In this document: piece after piece, positions 57,560 through 64,000 of the stretch
Numbering within the stretch: the stretch's first letter is position 1
Layout: each line of letters starts with the position of its first letter
Assembly: GCF_018350175.1 (NCBI RefSeq)
Contig: NC_058373.1
Span: 100,318,001 to 100,382,000 of the forward strand
From: Felis catus
Lineage: Eukaryota
Direction of reading: 5' to 3'
DNA length: 64,000 nt
Translations under genes and position numbers: made by a program
Notes under the pieces: generated by a model
Told to the model about the DNA's origin: nothing
Database searches by the model: none
The model's input: the letters and a program-made list of their open reading frames with translations, nothing else

Positions 57560-59100
57560 ATGTTACATACCCTGTCCATAAATTGTTGCAAGAATTGTTA
57601 AGAAGTCAGTTTTACCTAAATTGAGCTAAAGATTCAATGGAATCTTTGTCAAAATTCCAACTTGATCTTTTATACAAGATGACAAGTTGATTGTAAAATT
57701 CGTATGGATATGAAAACAATCCTAGGATAGTCCAAGCAATTTTTAAAAGACTAAAGTTGGAGAACTTACACTACCCAATATCATATAGCTACTGCAGTTA
57801 AGACAGTGCAATTATTAGCTACATGATAACATGTATATATGAAGAGGAACCAGAAGCAGACCCACATATAAGTAGTCAATTATCTTGGACAAAGGTGCCA
57901 TGGCAAATCAAGAGGAAAAGAAAATCTTTTTTCAATAAACAGTGCTGAATGAGAGATTCATACATTAAATGGATCATAGACTTTAAAAAAGTAGACAAAG
58001 ATTTCTTACATAGAACACACACATTCCACAAGAAATTGTCCTTTATTAAAAAACAAATAGGGGTGCCTGGGTGGCTCAGTCGTTTAAGCGTCCGACTTCG
58101 GCTCAGGTCATGATCTTGCAGTCTGAGTTTGCGCCTCAGGCTCTGCGCTGACAGCTCAGAGCCTGGGGCCTGCTTCAGATTCTGTCTCCCTCTCTCTCTG
58201 TTCCTCCCCTGATCACACTCTGTCTCTCTCTCAAAAATAAAATAAAAACATAAAAAAAAATCTGCTCTTTGAAGAATACTGTTAAAAAAAGGCAAGCTGT
58301 ATATTGAGAGAAAATATTCACAAAACATATTACATATATTTGACAAAGGACTTGTATTTAAAATTTATACAGCTCAATAATAAGCAGACTAATGGGCCAA
58401 AGATTCGGATGAGCACTTCACCAAAGAATATATAATGGTCAAGAAGCACAGAAATACTCAACATTATCGGTCAGTGAAATGCAAGTTAAAACTGTGAGAC
58501 ATTATGTGCCCACAGAGTAGCCAACATTAATAAGATTGATAATACCCAGTGTTGGTGAAGATGTGGGGAAGGAACTGAAACTCTCATACTCAGCTGGAGG
58601 GAATGGGAAACATTTCTGAAAACTGTTTGGCAGTTTCTTATAAAGTTAAACACACAACCCAACCATTCCACTTCGAGGTACTAACTGAAGAAATTAAAAG
58701 CACATATGTAACAGCTTTACTCATAAAAGCCCAAACTGGAAATAACCCAAATTGATAAACAAAATGTGGTATTTTCAGATCAGTGGAATACTACTCACAC
58801 TTTGGAGCACAACTCGTGAGTAAAAAGGGAAAACTGACACCTACAATAACATGAATGTATCTCAAAACCATTACACTAAGTGGAAGAAGCCAACTAGAAA
58901 AGCATATATCCTACATAATTCCATACATAAAATTGCAAAAAATGACAACAAATCTCTAGTGACGGAGCAAATAAATGGTTGTCTGACTAAAGTTTGAGAG
59001 CTAATGCCAATATTCTCTTTCCTGACTATCGTATCCTCAAATTGTATACTTTAAGTGGGTACAGTTTATTGTACACCAATTATACCAAAATTAGATTAAA
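57560..59100 (+). mobile_element. Old L1M fragment interrupted by a SINE
   Basis: Degenerate ORF2 3' motifs (aaagttggagaacttacactacc; cagtgttggtgaagatgtgg). Confidence 0.7.
58060..58260 (+). mobile_element. CAN-SINE nested in L1M
   Basis: Head, CT tract, A tail. Confidence 0.9.
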
Positions 59101-59429
59101 AAATAAAGAGTGTAAAGAGAGCCAAGAACAAACGAAAATGAAAAAAGGAGCAGAAAGGAGGAGGACCGGTCTATGTATCTGGCAGCACTATGCTCACTGT
59201 ATGTCAGGGTCTGAGTAGAACAGACGACGAAATACAAAAGGACCGCATAACCTGTGATGTTACAGACTGCTAAGTTACTGGATCAGAGTTTTATACGTGG
59301 CAGTTTGTACCTTCAGGAGCTCACAATATCCATTAGATTCAATCCAGTATTACAAAGTCAGGAAGCTTTTTGTTTGTAGGGGACCCGAAACTAGGAACGG
59401 AGCAGACAGGTGTAGAGCTGGTGAGACAT

Positions 59430-59640
59430 AATCTGAGGCACAAGCGCACAGCCCAGCTAACCGAATCCTGATCTCACTCAGTTCTACAACTTATTAACTG
59501 TGACTGTGGACAAGCTACTCAGCCTGCCAGCGTCTGAGTTTTCTCACCTGTGAAATAACAGTACCTCAGGAGGTGGTTGTGAAAATTAAATGATTGATAC
59601 GGGGCCTGGCACATAACAAGTACTTCCTATTAGGTATTAA
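59430..59640 (+). mobile_element. MIR SINE remnant
   Basis: acttattaactgtgactgtggacaagctactcagcct…tctcacctgtgaaata…gcctggcacataa. Confidence 0.6.
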
Positions 59641-60549
59641 TGTTTTTCTCTAATTTTCTCTATTAAAAAATATACAATTATGGTAGAAATTTGAAAATTA
59701 TAAAAGTGGTTGAGTTACTTAAAACCTATTCTTGAAAAATGGAGTATGACTATGTATATAAGTGATTATTTTAATAGATGTATAAAATGCCACTGTGTAA
59801 ATGCAGTATAATTTAATGATTCTTCTAATACTGAACCCATGATAAATAATGACTTTACAAATATCTGTGTACATATTTTTCCACATTTTATTACTTCAAG
59901 AATTCACTAGAGTGGAATTACCAGATCAAAGGTTATAATAATTTTAAGGCAAAAGTGGAACAAGATGGGCATATGAGTTATTTTAAACTGGGCATTCCAG
60001 TTTATATGCAAACTGGAAAAAACAGTGTATTTCCTTGTTTTAATTGACATTTATTTATTTACTAGTCATGTTGAACATCAAGAGTTTTTAGCCATTTATA
60101 TTTCCTTTGCTCACATTTCTATTAGGAGTCTTCAAATCAAAGTTAATCTGTATGTAAACTGCAAACCACACTGGACTTTCTTTTTTTGAAAGATGTATTT
60201 TATATATACCGTATTCCATGTTTAAAAAATAAGTCCAAAAAAATCTTTTAGTAACTATATGGTTTTTTGGTTACTCTGTTGGTTATTTGAATTTTACTCT
60301 TAGGAACACTCTGGTCCAAGTCATGTTTTTGTTTTATTCTGTATTAACAGGCTATTTTCTGGGGAATGTTTTTCTGAAATACAAAAACAGAATTACCAGA
60401 AAAACTGTCCTGAACAGACATGTTACAAGAGAATAGGTGAACACAACTGTTCTTTAATTATTACTAAATTTGGGGCAAGTACATTTTAAGTACTAAGCAG
60501 CAGAAACCATGTTAAAAATAAATGCTTGTTCCTTAAGTTCTCTCTTTAT

Positions 60550-60692
60550 CTAGAGAGGGAGAAAATCCCAAGCAGGCTCCATGTTGTCAACTAGGGCCAG
60601 AGGTGGGGCTCAAACTCAGGAGCCGTGAGAACATGACCTGAGCCAAAATCCAGGAGTCGGATGCTTAACTAACTGAACCACCCAGGTGCCCC
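60550..60692 (-). mobile_element. CAN-SINE fragment
   Basis: Head …ccacccaggtgcccc. Confidence 0.82.
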
Positions 60693-61982
60693 AAACTCTG
60701 TCACTTTCTTAGAAGCTTCCAGGCATAGCTGATTTCTTTTTAAAGTTAGAAATATTGCAGCATATTGTTTAGCTAAAGTTACCCAGTTAAAAATCAGATT
60801 CTCTTCATTCTTGTATATTCAAGGTATAAAGTTTATCAACTTATCTTCCAATGTTGTTTTTGAAGTTTAATGGATTAGCACTAATTGCTATGATTATGTA
60901 GATTCAGAAATTCTTAAGATATTTCAAGTGTATCTTTTGAGCCATAGTTATCTTATTAATAGAACTGAATCACCATTTTCTAGAGTACTTTTAAAAGAAA
61001 CAAGATTTAACATGCTAAGGGACCAAATCATTTATGAGTTGCATTTTCAGTTCTCAGTATACCCTCAGCTCTAAATGCCATCACTGCCATGGTGGGAGAA
61101 AACAAAGGCATTAGACAATCCCAAGCTTCTAAATAATCAGTTGACTACACTACTTCAGTATCAAGTGGGGGCAGGGTGGTGATGGTAACCTATCTCTCCA
61201 CCCATTGGTTCCCTCAAAGTAAATCATGTGCTGGTACAGGGTGAAAAATCTAGAAAAGTCTAGAAGAACATACAATGAGTCACACCTGAGAGATAGGACA
61301 TGCCTCTGTCACAATTCACCATAGTCAGGTTTAGTGGAAGAGGGGAAGGCAAGCATGTTTAATTTGAAAAGGCATCCCAAATGTTTCTGGCATGTCCCTT
61401 CTGCTTGAGAATCACTATACTACATGAGTCATCCTTTGAGATTTTTGTTCCTAGGTCATTTCCTGTCCAGTTCACAAACCAGCTATTAATGTTATTAGAA
61501 GAATGAATCCTGTTAAGCATAACTAGCTTTCTGCTCAGTCATAAGTACATAAAAAGGTCATAAGCATATAAGAAAATCATAACCATATGTGTCCAGGACA
61601 ATTGCTTGTGAAGTTAAAAATAATACTCATAATACACGCTTTGGTCATACCCCATACACTCTCAGTGACTCAGGGCTTCCAGCAGCTTGTTTTATAAAAA
61701 CTCTAGTGATGGATGTTAACTAGACTTACTGAGGTGATCATTTTACAATGTATTCAAATATCATTATTTTATATATCTGAAACTAATGTTATATGTCAAC
61801 TATATCTCAAAAAACATTAAAACAGGGTAGCCACTGGCTATACGTGAAGGTGGTTTGTTCATTTCATTATAATGAAAAAGCAAAGTAAACCTACACCCTC
61901 CACATAAGACACTAATATCTCATTCATACAGGAATTTAGGACTGATTTACTTACTGTGTCTTGTATCAAGAAAGACTAAACT

Positions 61983-62238
61983 GGGGCGCCTGGGTGGTGC
62001 AGTCGGTTAAGCGTCCGACTTCAGCCAGGTCACGATCTCACGGTCCGTGAGTTCGAGCCCCGCGTCAGGCTCTGGGCTGATGGCTCGGAGCCTGGAGCCT
62101 GTTTCCGATTCTGCGTCTCCCTCTCTCTCTGCCCCTCCCCCGTTCATGCTCTGTCTCTCTCTGTCCCCAAAATAAATAAAAACGTTGAAAAAAAATTTTT
62201 AATAAAAATAAAAAAATAAAATAAAATAAAATAAAAAA
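61983..62238 (+). mobile_element. Young SINEC_Fc-type element
   Basis: TSD aagaaagactaaact. Confidence 0.95.
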
Positions 62239-62950
62239 AAGAAAGACTAAACTGGTGAATTTTGAAATCTGAATCACATGTAAAAGTGGGCCAGGTGAAG
62301 AGCTTAACTAATTAAAGTTTATACTTAACTAAAATATACCTGGAGGACTAGGAGATATTTTGTCTTGAGACTTTCTTGTTACACATCTGTATTGAGCTGG
62401 TGCATTAATTCTCACTCCTCTCCAAAATCATACAAAAAAAAAAAAAATTTATATATATATATATACACACACACATATATACATACATACATATAAAACA
62501 TGTACTTATAAGGACAAAAAGAATGGGAGAAAACAGCACATAAAAAAGTCAGAAAAACTTGGGGAGACATAAGCCAGATTGGGAGAGTAGTCAATGATGT
62601 AAGAAAGTGGAGAAAAATAAAATTAAGGGGTTTGCAAAAGGAGATACCAATGGGAAATACGCTGACTCACAGTACCAAACATCAAGCACTGAAAACAGAC
62701 ATGAAAAATGAATCCGGTCCCATAATGGATTAAACTTACCTCCTAGATACATGCCCTTTAGGATTTCTTAGAAGAGAATCTAAACAGCCCTAGGGAAAAA
62801 TCTTTTAGATAGTGACATTTGATAAAGCTTACTCGGTAGCTAAATATCCTACAGAGGGGTGACAAGCTAAACCTATTGGTATTTGTAGTGCCCCATTATT
62901 AAGTATATGAACGGACAATCAATGATTGATAGACATGTGATAAAGGAGTC

Positions 62951-63573
62951 TGTGGAGGGTTACAATTCTAGAGATAACTCCTTAAAATTTCTGTCCCTGG
63001 TTATACACAATCATACACTAATCTAGAGACTGCTGAGAAGAGACTGCAAATGGAATGAAGACTACTAATCATCTGATTTAAGGGAGATTATCCGGATTCT
63101 TTCTGTGGGTCCAATGTAATCATACAAGGTCAGCCAAACAGAAGAGGAAGGCAGTAGAGTGAAGCACAGGAAAGAGGAGCCAGAAGGGAGGGCCAGACAG
63201 ATGTGAAGAGTAAGGACTAGACTTGTTATTGCTGGCTCTGAAAATGGAGGAAGGAAGCCACCTGTTAAGGAATCTGGGAGGACTCTAGAAGCTGAGAATG
63301 ACCTCTCACAGACAACAACTAGGGGAAACCCTGGTCTCTACAGTCACATGGAACCAAATTCCACCATGAAGAATTCTTTCTCAGAGACTTCAGGAAGGAA
63401 CACGGCCCTGCTAACACCTTACTTTCAGCTTTATAAGACTAACTAGAAGAGCCAGCTGAGCCACACTGTGCCCACTCTTAACCTATGGGAACCATGAGCT
63501 AATAAATTTGTGTTGTTTTAAGCTGCTAAGGTTATGGTAAAATTTGTTATGGCAGCAATGGAATGAACTCACA
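62951..63573 (+). mobile_element. MaLR (MLT1D/E-type) solo LTR
   Basis: TG…CA ends; characteristic 3' end ataaatttgtgttgttttaagctgctaag…tttgttatggcagcaat; imperfect 5-bp TSD gagtc/gagct. Confidence 0.85.
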
Positions 63574-63744
63574 GAGCTTCTAACATGAAAAAGACCTAAT
63601 GAAAAGAAAAACTTGTGAAACCAGAGATAATGCAGAAAATAGAAGAACAAAACAAAACCTTCTTAAATACAGTTCTTAGTAAGACAATGACATCTATGAC
63701 AGATGAATAGGATGTTATAAAGAACAGCTAAAGATTAAGAAAGA

Positions 63745-64000
63745 TCTTAGGAGATGCAGTGAAAGCAGTTCAAAGAGGGAAATATATACTAATATATACC
63801 TCAAGAAATAAAAAAAGTCAAACAATCTAATCTTACACATAAAGGAACTAGAAAAAGAAGAACAAAGCACAAGGTGAGTAGAAGGAAGGAAATAAAAATG
63901 ACAGCAGATATAAATGACATAGAGCCTAAAACAAAAGAAAACAAAGCAAAAATCAATGAAACAAAGAGGTGGTTCTCTGAAAAGATAAACAAAATTGATA
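63745..64000 (+). mobile_element. LINE-1 ORF2 fragment running off the window edge
   Basis: gcagtgaaagcagttcaaagagggaaa; aaaatcaatgaaacaaagaggtggttc. Confidence 0.8.

Noticed and set aside
1..64000. Prokaryote-style novel systems (CRISPR arrays, operons, defence islands)
   Set aside because: The sequence is a mammalian intron-rich locus. The recurring repeats are dispersed SINEs and LINEs, with no regularly spaced repeat-spacer array.

Overview
Mammalian genomic DNA, almost certainly felid: it carries SINEC_Fc-type CAN-SINEs and L1_Fc-type LINEs. The minus strand carries the 3' part of FERMT2 (kindlin-2). This comprises 12 constitutive coding exons (4-15 by human numbering, 54397 down to the stop at 22269, 1652 nt of CDS, all GT-AG with consistent phases), a 21-nt alternative microexon (PGYIRDL, 25704-25724) and a ~1.1 kb 3'UTR ending near 21178. 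Exons 1-3 lie beyond the right edge. Bases 1-21100 are repeat-rich intergenic DNA with no recognisable gene. Intron 4 holds a cluster of retro-insertions: a decayed processed HESX1 pseudogene, an unidentified 3'UTR-like retrocopy with a perfect 15-bp TSD, a young L1 3' end and an orphan ERV R-region-like fragment. The most unusual detail is a SINE whose target-site duplication copied the exon 14 splice donor, with the spare copy now reading GC. I found no evidence of a wholly new biological system. The findings are local genome-architecture and splicing/3'-end observations. Repeat family names come from recalled consensus sequences, not a database search, and the boundaries of old repeats are approximate.
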